Below, piece by piece: positions 10,701-18,689 of a DNA stretch of 64,000 bases (its first letter is position 1; each line of letters begins with the position of its first letter). Under the pieces are notes generated by a model, which saw only the letters and a list, made by a program, of their open reading frames with translations, was not told the origin of the DNA and did no database searches. The DNA is from a virus, in IMG/VR virus record IMGVR_UViG_3300034063_001075, positions 1 to 64,000 of that record, one strand, 5' to 3'. Made by a program: the position numbers and the translations under genes.

Positions 10701-11006
10701 AACGGCAGACTCAATCGGAGCACTTCCTGAAGATTGCCCCGAAACAGGAGCCGCTAGCATTTGTGCTACAAAAGAATCAGGAGCCCTCGAAGAGGGGGAA
10801 GCCGGGATGAACTGTTGGCCTTGATCGAATAGAAACGGAAGTTGAGGTGTCCCAATTACCGAAGGGGGAGGCGCAGGTGGCTTGGAAAACCGCGTATCGG
10901 AAACGGGGGTCTCAAGCCGACGCTCCTGTTCAACTACCGGGCTGGGTTGCCTAACAACCTGCTCCGGTAAGTTTGAAGTTTTTACAATGTCGTCTCTGTC
11001 AGCCAT
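7710..11006 (-). CDS. Pro/Ala-rich tail protein with C-terminal beta-rich (spike-like) domain
   Basis: 1098 aa; about 700 aa of Pro/Ser/Ala low complexity including (PA)n; C-terminus has short beta-strand repeats ending EVCVNGEPKYAYVLMS. Confidence 0.6.
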   Translation of the reverse strand: MADRDDIVKTSNLPEQVVRQPSPVVEQERRLETPVSDTRFSKPPAPPPSVIGTPQLPFLFDQGQQFIPASPSSRAPDSFVAQMLAAPVSGQSSGSAPIESAVQSAVSDALKNLTFNGYPVNFQNGNLDISIPAEALFTPKPSNAPSLFSLDVGPQVVSPPIQNSNPLPLLNIPTSPVEIPEIVSRPTPPSTQSTALNSEPVQVTAPPVTPALQRSEEPIRLDPDSRSAAISAGVPEATNVFMGAMSPSAFFPSAFSNNASNASQQNTNTDRDVRPSDSGRSGESAPPSMVETSAMFGALTPISTPFPRFEPESSFQLNPTSRPSSTFNESAPLVEPSSTSSASPTPLTASETLFVPVVVSAGSSSTSSTTQSQNSADSESASPATTTTSVPTPPPPPQTFFPTPSNPEPVPVPPPATPPAPQTLQPANPPAPTTAPAAEPAPAPATTPPTPAPATTPPTPAPAPAPAPAPAPAPAPAPAPAPAPAPAPAPAPAPAPAPAPAPAPAPAPAPAPAPAPAPAPAPAPTPPPTPTPTAPAPAPTPAPAPAPTPAPAPTPISAPSTGPVVPDVGTAPLPTATPAVAPTPTPPPPVPQPENPAPAPTPAATAPAPAPAPAPAPAPAPAPTPTPAPTTAPTSEPPAPTTAPSSFGSGYQAPENRPFGSDNDARMDNNVRNDPAYSQWGWGPSALASNEEKEAYYRVYGGTAQDSGGGGQTTPASNPAGSAGASMTEKNDKIDFTQTAQFLGNDRQNRGYETRDEFRERREILRSLGPEARAAVRAGDTTYFSQGYVPVFIGRGDRRRKVLLMSQTSHTEVIFGREGSERAGSLPDKAGYYTAGLPSGCPMDIIGYITPEPTSENVQTTKAAWRAVRHTGCNRGVGNDTYDRFAATLAEADKCGFQTYWGQNSKNFAELCLKETEAYLWAYCNNNQNYKMSAKQNEISVQLFSNSNNWSDRGIKASESYLYGYTTNAQQNFRIRSTGSLSKCEVWSSSGPFATMEIQGSNSTFRASANNDFSYLTQTTLRIQYANGDHSTLTPGSLYVNYSSGAYSRLFGGGLYVNNGSNYVDVRPPYGKDAYFQQVEVCVNGEPKYAYVLMSQPE
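9105..9690 (-). repeat. (Pro-Ala)n coding repeat
   Basis: GCAGGT/GCAGGC/GCGGGA/GCGGGT hexamer runs on the plus strand encode PAPAPA on the minus strand. Confidence 0.95.
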
Positions 11007-11011
11007 AAATC

Positions 11012-14000
11012 CTACGCAACAAGGTCCGGAAGTTTCACTTCAACAACCTCCTCCACCCAAACGCCGAGCCGCCAATGTTCTGCGCTTCGGGCAACCTCAA
11101 CCCACTGGCCCCAAGGAAGCCCAGTAGGTTCAGTCGCCGGAATAACAACTAGCTCTCCCCCAACGTTCGCAACGATTTGAGGGTGCAAACATTTACCCAC
11201 GCTGATTCTCACAACCTCCTTGGAAGTAGATTCGGTCGAGCTATCTGCGGTGGTGGTTGAAGCGTTGTTCGTCTGGGAAGAAGATGTTCCCGAGGAAACC
11301 GAATTAGTTGAGGACTGCGATTGCCCACTCTGCTGCCCCTGCGTCTGGGACTGACTTGTTTGTTGTCCTTGGGTCTGGGAGTTTGCCGCAACGTTGGTGT
11401 TGCTATCCGACGTGCTGCTCGAAGAAGAATTCGAAGTTCCGTTAGAGTTACTCTGGGTAGTTGTTGTCGAATTGTTGGTCCCTGAAGACGAAGAAACCGA
11501 AGACGAGTTTGTCGTTGAAGCGGTTTGAGAAGAAGACTGCCCCGAAGACTGCGATGTAGTGGCGACTTGCGAAGTACCGTTTGAAGTCGTGCTAGCAGTA
11601 GAGGTTCCTGAAGACTGCGACTGGGACTGACTCTGGCTTTGTCCTTGCGACTGGGACTGACTCTGACTCTGACTCTGGCCTTGCGATTGGGACTGGGCTT
11701 GGCCTTGGCTTTGGGACTGGCTTTGCCCCTGAGACTGGCTCTGACTCTGGCCTTGGCTTTGGGACTGGCTTTGCCCCTGAGACTGGCTCTGACTCTGGCC
11801 TTGCGATTGGGACTGGGCTTGGCCTTGGCTTTGGGACTGGCTTTGCCCCTGAGACTGGCTCTGGCTTTGCCCCTGAGACTGACTCTGGCTTTGCCCCTGA
11901 GACTGCCCCTGCGTATTTGTTTGGCTTTGCCCCTGAGATTGATTTTGACCTTGGTTCTGGCTCTGCGACTGAGACTGACTATTAGAAGACGAAGTCCCGT
12001 TAGAAGTTGAGGTAGATGAACCCGTTGAGGTTGAAGTGCTGCTTGAAGTCGAAGTTCCGGTAGATGTGGACGTCGAGGTTGATGTTCCCGTTGAAGTAGA
12101 AGTTCCGGTAGAAGTTGACGAAGACGTCGAGCTACTCGTTGAAGTTGAGCTTCCTGTAGAACTCCCACTAGAAGTCGAAGAGGAGGTCGAACTAGAAGTC
12201 GAAGTTCCGCTGCTGGTGGAGCTAGAAGTCGAAGAGGAGGTCGAACTAGAAGTCGAAGAGGAGGTCGAACTAGAAGTCGATGAAGACGTTCCGCTGCTGG
12301 TAGAGCTAGAACTAGAAGTCGAAGTTCCGCTGCTGGTGGAGCTAGAAGTCGAAGAAGACGTTGAAGAAGAGGTAGAACTGGATGTTCCGCTGCTGGTAGA
12401 GCTAGAACTAGAAGTCGATGAAGACGTTCCACTGCTGGTAGAGCTAGAAGTCGATGAAGACGTTCCGCTTGACGTCGAGCTAGATGTTCCGCTGCTGGTA
12501 GAGCTAGAAGTCGAAGAGGAAGTCGAGCTTCCACTGCTAGTAGAGCTAGAAGTCGAAGAAGACGTTGAAGAAGAGGTAGAACTGGATGTTCCGCTGCTGG
12601 TAGAGCTAGAAGTCGAAGAGGAAGTCGAGCTAGAAGTAGAACTGGATGTTCCGCTGCTGGTAGAGGTACCGCTTGAGGTCGAGGTGGAGGAAGTGGAGGA
12701 GGTGGAAGTGGATGTTCCTGTATTAGTCGAAGTAGAAGTCGAATTTCCCGTGGAAGTTGACGTCCCTGTGGAGGTGGAAGTGGAAGTCGAGGTGGAGGTT
12801 GACGTTCCGGTGGATGTTGAAGTTCCGGTAGAAGTAGACGTCGAAGTAGACGTTCCGGTGGAAGTCGATGTCCCGGTGGAAGTGGAAGTGGAAGTTCCGG
12901 TAGATGTGGACGTTGAAGTCGATGTCCCGGTGGAAGTGGAAGTTCCGGTAGATGTCGAAGTGGAAGTTCCAGTGGAGGTAGACGTGCTTGTAGACGTAGA
13001 AGTTCCAGTGGAAGTAGATGTCCCGGTTGACGTTGAAGTAGAGGTAGAGGTCGAGGTGCTGGTGGACGTTCCTGTCGAAGTGCTGGTGGACGTTCCTGTC
13101 GAAGTCCCGGTAGACGTCGAGGTGCTAGTGGAGGTGCTTGTTCCGGTTGAGGTAGATGTTCCGGTGGAAGTTGATGTCCCCGTAGTCGTAGAAGTGGACG
13201 TCGAGGTGCTGGTGGACGTTCCTGTCGAGGTAGAGGTCGAGGTAGAGGTCGAGGTGCTGGTGGACGTTCCGGTAGAGGTAGACGTTCCAGTTGAGGTAGA
13301 TGTCGAAGTGCTGGTAGACGTTCCAGTTGAGGTAGATGTTCCGGTAGAGGTAGACGTTCCAGTTGAGGTAGACGTTCCTGTCGTTGTGCTTGTACTCGTC
13401 GAAGTAGACGTTCCGGTGGAAGTGTTAGTTCCTGTCGTTGTGCTTGTACCCGTCGAAGTGTTAGTTCCGCTCGTTGTGCCACTCGATGTTCCCGAAGAAC
13501 TACTGCTTCCGGAACTTTGAACGGTCGCGTTTGAAGTTCGGTTTTCTGTCGGGTCGCTGGTCAGAGGAGCGCCTCTGCGAGATGACGTGACCGAATCTCT
13601 TGAACCAGTTTGGGTGGTAGACTGGCTCTGCCCTTGAGATTGGTTCTGAGACTGGCTCTGCCCCTGAGACTGGTTCTGGCTCTGCGACTGACTTTGTCCT
13701 TGGGATTGAGACTGGCCTTGGCTCTGGCTCTGGGACTGGCTCTGGCTCTGTCCTTGAGATTGAGACTGGCCTTGGCTCTGACTTTGAGACTGGGATTGGT
13801 TCTGGCTCTGCGACTGACTCTGAGACTGGGATTGGTTCTGGCTCTGGGATTGGTTTTGGCTCTGAGACTGGCTCTGGCTCTGAGACTGGCCTTGGCTCTG
13901 CGACTGACTCTGAGACTGGCTCTGAGACTGACTCTGGCCCTGAGACTGGCCTTGGCTCTGACTTTGAGACTGGCTCTGGTTTTGGCTCTGGCTCTGGGAC

Positions 14001-16981
14001 TGGCCTTGGCTCTGCGACTGACTCTGAGACTGGCTTTGAGACTGACTCTGGTTCTGGCTCTGCGACTGACTTTGTCCTTGGGATTGAGATTGTGACTGAT
14101 TCTGGCTCTGAGATTGGTTTTGGCTTTGAGACTGGCTCTGCCCTTGCGACTGACTCTGAGACTGGCTCTGCGACTGGTTCTGCGATTGGCTCTGACTCTG
14201 AGACTGGCTCTGCCCTTGCGACTGACTCTGAGACTGACTCTGCGACTGGTTCTGCGATTGGCTCTGAGACTGGCCTTGGCTCTGCGACTGGCTTTGGTTC
14301 TGGCTCTGCGACTGATTTTGAGACTGGGACTGGCCTTGGCTCTGACTTTGAGACTGGCTCTGAGACTGGCTCTGGCTTTGTCCCTGCGTCTGACTCTGCC
14401 CTTGGTTCTGCGACTGACTCTGACTTTGTCCTTGGCTTTGACTCTGGGACTGAGACTGGCTCTGAGATTGCGATTGAGACTGCGACTGGCTCTGCCCTTG
14501 GCTCTGGGACTGGCTCTGCCCTTGGCTCTGGGACTGACTCTGGGACTGGGCTTGGCCTTGGCTTTGGGACTGGCTCTGCCCTTGGCTCTGGGACTGACTC
14601 TGGGACTGGCTCTGCCCTTGTGATTGAGACTGCGATTGAGACTGGCTCTGCGACTGGCTTTGAGACTGTGATTGGGACTGGCTCTGCGACTGGCTTTGAG
14701 ACTGTGATTGGGACTGGCTCTGTCCCTGCGACTGTGATTGGGACTGGCTCTGTCCCTGCGACTGGGACTGACTCTGATTCTGTCCTTGGGATTGGTTTTG
14801 GGACTGGCTCTGCGACTGCCCTTGGCTCTGGGACTGGCTCTGAGACTGGCCTTGGCTCTGCGACTGCCCTTGGCTCTGACTTTGAGACTGGCTCTGACTC
14901 TGTCCCTGAGATTGATTTTGGGACTGACTCTGAGACTGGCCCTGTCCCTGAGATTGGTTTTGGGACTGACTCTGCGACTGGCTTTGCCCCTGAGACTGGC
15001 TTTGCCCCTGAGACTGGTTTTGAGACTGGCTCTGGCTCTGGGACTGGCTCTGCCCTTGACTCTGGTTCTGGCTCTGGCTCTGAGACTGACTTTGCCCTTG
15101 GGACTGGTTCTGACTTTGTGACTGATTCTGGCCCTGCGTCTGAGACTGCGATGTAGAGGATCCGGTTGAAGAGGAGGTTCCGTTAGAGGTCCCAGTAGAG
15201 TTCGTGCTTGAAACAGAGTTAAATACCGTATTCGAATTCGACGTCGCGGAGGTATTCGAAACAGTATTCGAGTTTGTGTTCGAATTGGTATTCGAATTAG
15301 ACGAAGAGTTCGACGTCGAGTTAGAAGTAGAATTTGTATTTGAAACCGTATTCGAAGTGGACGAAGAGTTTGACGACGAGTTTGTGTTTGAAAAAGATGT
15401 TGAACTAGTAGTAGCGGAAGTTGTCGAAGAGCTATTTGAAGTCGAAGTTGAGTTAGTAAGTGCGTTCGAATTCGAAAGAATATTCGACGTAGTAAGAGAA
15501 TTAGAAGTAGAGCTTACAGAGGACGTGGTAGAAGTCGTGTTAGTGTTGCTAGAAGAAGATATGGAATTGTTGCTCCCGCTCGTCGTTGAGGATGAATTGC
15601 CCGTAGACGAAACACTTGAAGTGCCACTCGAAGTAGACTGCGACGTATTCGAAATAGTCCCGCTTGAAGTTCCAGTCGAAAAATTGGTAGCGGAACTTGT
15701 GGAGTTAACTGTAGACGTACCCGAAGAAAGACTTTGAGTATTTGTCGTAGACTGATTGCTTCCGCTCGTTGTCGAATTTGATATAACCGAGCTATTGGTT
15801 GTAGAGGAGTTTGTTCCCGTGCTCGAAGTAGTGAGGTTGCTGGACGATGTAGAATTATTTGAACCTTCCGAAGAAACTTCGGACTCCGAATGAGTTGAAC
15901 TGTTTCTAGTAATTTCTATCTCAACAGCCGTAGAAAAAGACTGGGCGTTGAAGATTTGAGCAGAAGGCTGATTTGTTGGAGGGCCGTAGTAAAAAGACCG
16001 AGTAAAGCGAGCGAGCAACGCACCGTCAGGAGCCGAGCGATACCGGGGAATAACCACCGGGGTTTCTGTCCCGACAACCTCCAACTCAAGCAATTCATCG
16101 GGGAGAGACGCTTCCCGGCGACGGCCATACCAAACTTGAGGTTGAGGGAGGACAATACTGCTAGCAACGCGAACGGAACGGAAGCTATCGACAGGGTCTA
16201 CCTCAGTAGCGATAACACGGTTTTGAGCCGTAATCTGAAGACCGCCTTCGGTCCCAGCAGATACAACCTTACGCTCAATGCGAATCGGAATACCCAGACG
16301 CTGATCAATCTGAGTTCCGACCAGTGTCGGCCAATCAGAATCGGCAAGTTCCGACTTCTCCAAGACGGACTTCCCACCCCCAAGCGGCTTGATGCTAGCA
16401 TCGATGACATCTTCGCCAAGTTGGATAGGTGTATCTGAATCAACGACTTGCTGCGTCGTATTGACCTTTACCCCACCGAAATCTTTTACCCAACCCTCAC
16501 CTGTCTGGGCAGGCCCCGGAAGCGTCTCGTAAACCCGAACAACCTTTACGAAAAGACTGTCCAAGGTTTGGTCATCAATCCTCTGGACTTCCTGCTCTAC
16601 GAGCTTGGCTGACGAATAAACAGGGTCGGGGGTTCCTGCTGCTAGCGGGGCGTAATCCTCTCGGGGGATTACGTACGACCGGATATAAATCGGGTGGTCT
16701 TTTGAGTTCCCCGAATACTTGATCGCGAAGTTGTACGCGTCTTGGTCTACGCGGTCTGTAGCGTAAACATTTCGAATCCAATTACCATCAATAGGCTGCT
16801 GGAAAACTAGTTTTAGATTAGGGTAGCGGAAGGTGTCCGGATGCGCGGTCCCGTACTCTTTGGCTACATACCCCGGAAGACGCGTATCCTCCTCCTGCAC
16901 CAACACCAAATCCGAAATATTCGGCGTCGGGTACGAGACGACTACTTCATTCGGACTAGGGTTACGAGGGCTCCGCATCAT
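11012..16981 (-). CDS. Giant tail protein with about 1570-aa alternating Ser-X repeat region (predicted beta-hairpin tube former)
   Basis: 1989-aa ORF; folded N-terminal ~350 aa and C-terminal ~65 aa flank SN/SQ/ST dipeptide tracts that are symmetric about RRGAPLTSDPTE. Confidence 0.8.
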   Translation of the reverse strand: MMRSPRNPSPNEVVVSYPTPNISDLVLVQEEDTRLPGYVAKEYGTAHPDTFRYPNLKLVFQQPIDGNWIRNVYATDRVDQDAYNFAIKYSGNSKDHPIYIRSYVIPREDYAPLAAGTPDPVYSSAKLVEQEVQRIDDQTLDSLFVKVVRVYETLPGPAQTGEGWVKDFGGVKVNTTQQVVDSDTPIQLGEDVIDASIKPLGGGKSVLEKSELADSDWPTLVGTQIDQRLGIPIRIERKVVSAGTEGGLQITAQNRVIATEVDPVDSFRSVRVASSIVLPQPQVWYGRRREASLPDELLELEVVGTETPVVIPRYRSAPDGALLARFTRSFYYGPPTNQPSAQIFNAQSFSTAVEIEITRNSSTHSESEVSSEGSNNSTSSSNLTTSSTGTNSSTTNSSVISNSTTSGSNQSTTNTQSLSSGTSTVNSTSSATNFSTGTSSGTISNTSQSTSSGTSSVSSTGNSSSTTSGSNNSISSSSNTNTTSTTSSVSSTSNSLTTSNILSNSNALTNSTSTSNSSSTTSATTSSTSFSNTNSSSNSSSTSNTVSNTNSTSNSTSNSSSNSNTNSNTNSNTVSNTSATSNSNTVFNSVSSTNSTGTSNGTSSSTGSSTSQSQTQGQNQSQSQNQSQGQSQSQSQSQNQSQGQSQSQSQSQSQNQSQGQSQSQGQSQSQSQSQNQSQGQGQSQSQSQNQSQGQSQSQSQSQSQGQSQSQGQSQSQSQSQGQSQSQSQNQSQGQNQSQSQSQGQSQSQSQSQGQSQSQSQSQSQSQSQSQSQSQSQSQSQSQSQSQSQGQSQSQSQSQSQGQSQSQSQGQAQSQSQSQSQGQSQSQSQGQSQSQSQSQSQSQSQSQSQSQGQSQSQSQNQGQSQTQGQSQSQSQSQSQSQSQGQSQSQNQSQSQNQSQSQSQGQSQSQSQNQSQSQSQSQSQGQSQSQSQSQSQNQSQSQSQSQSQGQSQSQSQNQSQSQNQSQSQSQGQSQSQSQNQSQSQSQSQSQSQSQGQSQSQSQNQSQSQSQSQGQSQGQSQSQSQSQSQSQSQGQSQSQSQSQSQNQSQSQNQSQSQSQSQSQNQSQSQSQSQGQSQSQGQSQSQSQSQSQGQSQSQGQSQSQSQNQSQGQSQSQNQSQGQSQSTTQTGSRDSVTSSRRGAPLTSDPTENRTSNATVQSSGSSSSSGTSSGTTSGTNTSTGTSTTTGTNTSTGTSTSTSTSTTTGTSTSTGTSTSTGTSTSTGTSTSTSTSTSTGTSTSTGTSTSTSTSTSTSTSTGTSTSTSTSTSTTTGTSTSTGTSTSTGTSTSTSTSTSTGTSTGTSTSTSTGTSTSTSTSTSTSTSTGTSTSTGTSTSTSTSTSTGTSTSTSTGTSTSTGTSTSTSTSTGTSTSTSTGTSTSTGTSTSTSTSTGTSTSTGTSTSTSTSTSTSTGTSTSTGNSTSTSTNTGTSTSTSSTSSTSTSSGTSTSSGTSSSTSSSTSSSTSSSTSSGTSSSTSSSTSSSTSSSTSSGSSTSSSTSSSTSSGTSSSTSSGTSSSTSSSTSSGTSSSTSSSSSTSSGTSSSTSSSTSSSTSSSTSSGTSTSSSSSTSSGTSSSTSSSTSSSTSSSTSSSTSSSTSSGTSTSSSTSSSTSSGSSTGSSTSTSSSTSSSTSTGTSTSTGTSTSTSTSTGTSTSSSTSTSTGSSTSTSNGTSSSNSQSQSQSQNQGQNQSQGQSQTNTQGQSQGQSQSQSQGQSQSQSQGQSQSQSQGQAQSQSQGQSQSQSQGQSQSQSQGQSQSQSQGQSQSQSQGQAQSQSQGQSQSQSQSQSQGQSQSQSQSQSSGTSTASTTSNGTSQVATTSQSSGQSSSQTASTTNSSSVSSSSGTNNSTTTTQSNSNGTSNSSSSSTSDSNTNVAANSQTQGQQTSQSQTQGQQSGQSQSSTNSVSSGTSSSQTNNASTTTADSSTESTSKEVVRISVGKCLHPQIVANVGGELVVIPATEPTGLPWGQWVEVARSAEHWRLGVWVEEVVEVKLPDLVA
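11220..15900 (-). repeat. SQ / ST / SS / SN dipeptide coding repeats
   Basis: Hexamer periodicity with diversified synonymous codons. Confidence 0.95.
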
Positions 16982-16998
16982 AAGCGACCAACATATAC

Positions 16999-17694
16999 CT
17001 AGACGTGCAATTTAACAAGATCAGCTTCTGCGTCTCTTCTGCGGACTAACCCTTTGAACTTTGTGCCAACCCACAAGCGTTTCATCCGACGGATAAGGCC
17101 CTCAATTTGTTCGATGTCCCCAACGCGTACGGCTTCTCGAAGCATTGCCATTTCTTTTCGACGCGAACCAGTCAAAGAAGACCCCCGGTTAAAGACAATA
17201 GAAACCAGAGCCCCCAGAACGTCCGGATGGAGTTTCTCAGAACCGGGATACGTTTTCAAAGTAAGATCGACAAATCGTGGAAGCGTAGAGTGCCGAAATA
17301 CTTGCAGGGCTGACTCCCAAGGAATACGGATATCGGAAAGACTTTTAATTAGTGTCGAAGCCCGGACCCCCTTGACCGACAAAGTAGCGGCAAGGCGCTT
17401 GAATGTGACGCTCGACATCAGATTCCCACCCCAATCGCGGGAAAACTGCATGGGGGTGTTGTAACCAAGATCATACCCGATCCCAATAGTAACCCCCGAC
17501 GCGAGCCCCGGCCACGTGGGTTTAGAAAGATAGCGTTCGTAATAAGCTTTAGAACTGACCTCGTACTTTACGATCAGGTCGAACGCCTTGTCGGAAATCG
17601 CTGGCTTGCTAACAGATTGAGGAGGCGCTGTGGGAGAGTCCCAGAAAGACTTAACCCAGTCGGAGAATTGCGTGAAGAGGTCGAACCGCGCCAT
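16999..17694 (-). CDS. Lysozyme/muramidase (endolysin, T4-lysozyme-like fold)
   Basis: LIVKYE...SGVTIGIGYDLG; ALVSIVFNRG; GLVRRRDAEADL motifs. Confidence 0.85.
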   Translation of the reverse strand: MARFDLFTQFSDWVKSFWDSPTAPPQSVSKPAISDKAFDLIVKYEVSSKAYYERYLSKPTWPGLASGVTIGIGYDLGYNTPMQFSRDWGGNLMSSVTFKRLAATLSVKGVRASTLIKSLSDIRIPWESALQVFRHSTLPRFVDLTLKTYPGSEKLHPDVLGALVSIVFNRGSSLTGSRRKEMAMLREAVRVGDIEQIEGLIRRMKRLWVGTKFKGLVRRRDAEADLVKLHV

Positions 17695-17697
17695 AAA

Positions 17698-18165
17698 CTA
17701 GGGGGTGCTGATTACAGTGACCGCTTCCTGCGAAGCGGCTTCGTAAGTCACAGGCGGTTCGGGCCAGCCACTTTTGGGGCTTGGGTCGATTGACGAAGCT
17801 AATAAGATTCCTTCAAGCCATTGTTTCATCGCCATCATGGCGGGGCCGAGAGTCTGGCCGCTAGTAACCAAGGCCATCTCTAGCCGCTGAAGACCAATGA
17901 TCTGAAGGCTCGTCAAGAATCGGGAAGTCCACTGCTCTGCGGTATAGGTGAGATCGGTGACGGTCCAAGTGCGCGTCACGGTTTGCGCTTCGACATCTAC
18001 GACATCCGATTGAGTGAGCACTTGGGTTTCGGAGTTGTAAGCAGGCGGTTCGCTTTCCACCACAGTCATCTCCAAAAGCTCTGGAGCAAGGCCGACAATC
18101 GGCTCCTCATCAATGCGCGGCCACGGAAGGACTTGTTCTGTTTGGGTATTGTAGAGAAGTTTCAT
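17698..18165 (-). CDS. Tail fibre assembly-like protein
   Basis: PPAYNSETQVL...TRTWTVTDL motif typical of genes downstream of fibres. Confidence 0.5.
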   Translation of the reverse strand: MKLLYNTQTEQVLPWPRIDEEPIVGLAPELLEMTVVESEPPAYNSETQVLTQSDVVDVEAQTVTRTWTVTDLTYTAEQWTSRFLTSLQIIGLQRLEMALVTSGQTLGPAMMAMKQWLEGILLASSIDPSPKSGWPEPPVTYEAASQEAVTVISTP

Positions 18166-18167
18166 AC

Positions 18168-18689
18168 TTAGAATATTACGCTGACATTAGAAAGACCGGG
18201 GGTTTGAGCCGCTGCCCCTTTCCAAAAGTTGATGCGAACCACATGACCCGCAGGCACGTTGGACGCTGTAAGCGTGACGGTCTGTGGCGTATTAAAGGCA
18301 GGTTGCACTGCAAGTTGCTGACCACCAGTAGTTCTATTCACAATGTTCGCAGCCATTGCCCACGCGTTTCCATTGAATGGATTTGAGCCGTTCCATGAGA
18401 GAATGAAATCAGACGTTGCAGGCATTGTGAAATCTTGGAAAAACGTCAACAGCCCCCCCGCCTCTTGAGGTGAACGTGTAAGGCCCTGAAGATTTGCGTA
18501 ATAGACGCCCCCAAGTAATCGAACCAATGAGTCGTTTGTAGCCACATTTACAAACGTGCCCCAGCCAAAAGGCACTGCTCTGCCCCACCAATTCGCAACA
18601 TTGCTGGTCATGCCAGTGACATTTGAAAAGTCACCGTTTACGACGCGTTCTTCAGCAAAGGCATACGGATTGATTACGAAAGCACTCAT
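18168..18689 (-). CDS. Beta-sandwich (carbohydrate-binding-like) virion protein
   Basis: Starts FVINPY then VVNGDFS; alternating beta-strand pattern. Confidence 0.5.
   Translation of the reverse strand: MSAFVINPYAFAEERVVNGDFSNVTGMTSNVANWWGRAVPFGWGTFVNVATNDSLVRLLGGVYYANLQGLTRSPQEAGGLLTFFQDFTMPATSDFILSWNGSNPFNGNAWAMAANIVNRTTGGQQLAVQPAFNTPQTVTLTASNVPAGHVVRINFWKGAAAQTPGLSNVSVIF

Noticed and set aside
9105-15150. Possible CRISPR array or DGR repeats
   Set aside because: Repeats are contiguous coding hexamers without spacers; no reverse transcriptase or cas1/cas2 seen; the Cas4-like domain is the common phage exonuclease
11209-15737. Long alternative-frame and antisense ORFs (poly-VE/VD, LALRL, TGSATD) over the giant gene
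   Set aside because: They are stop-free shadows of hexamer repeats; only the 11012-16981 frame has folded terminal domains and operon context
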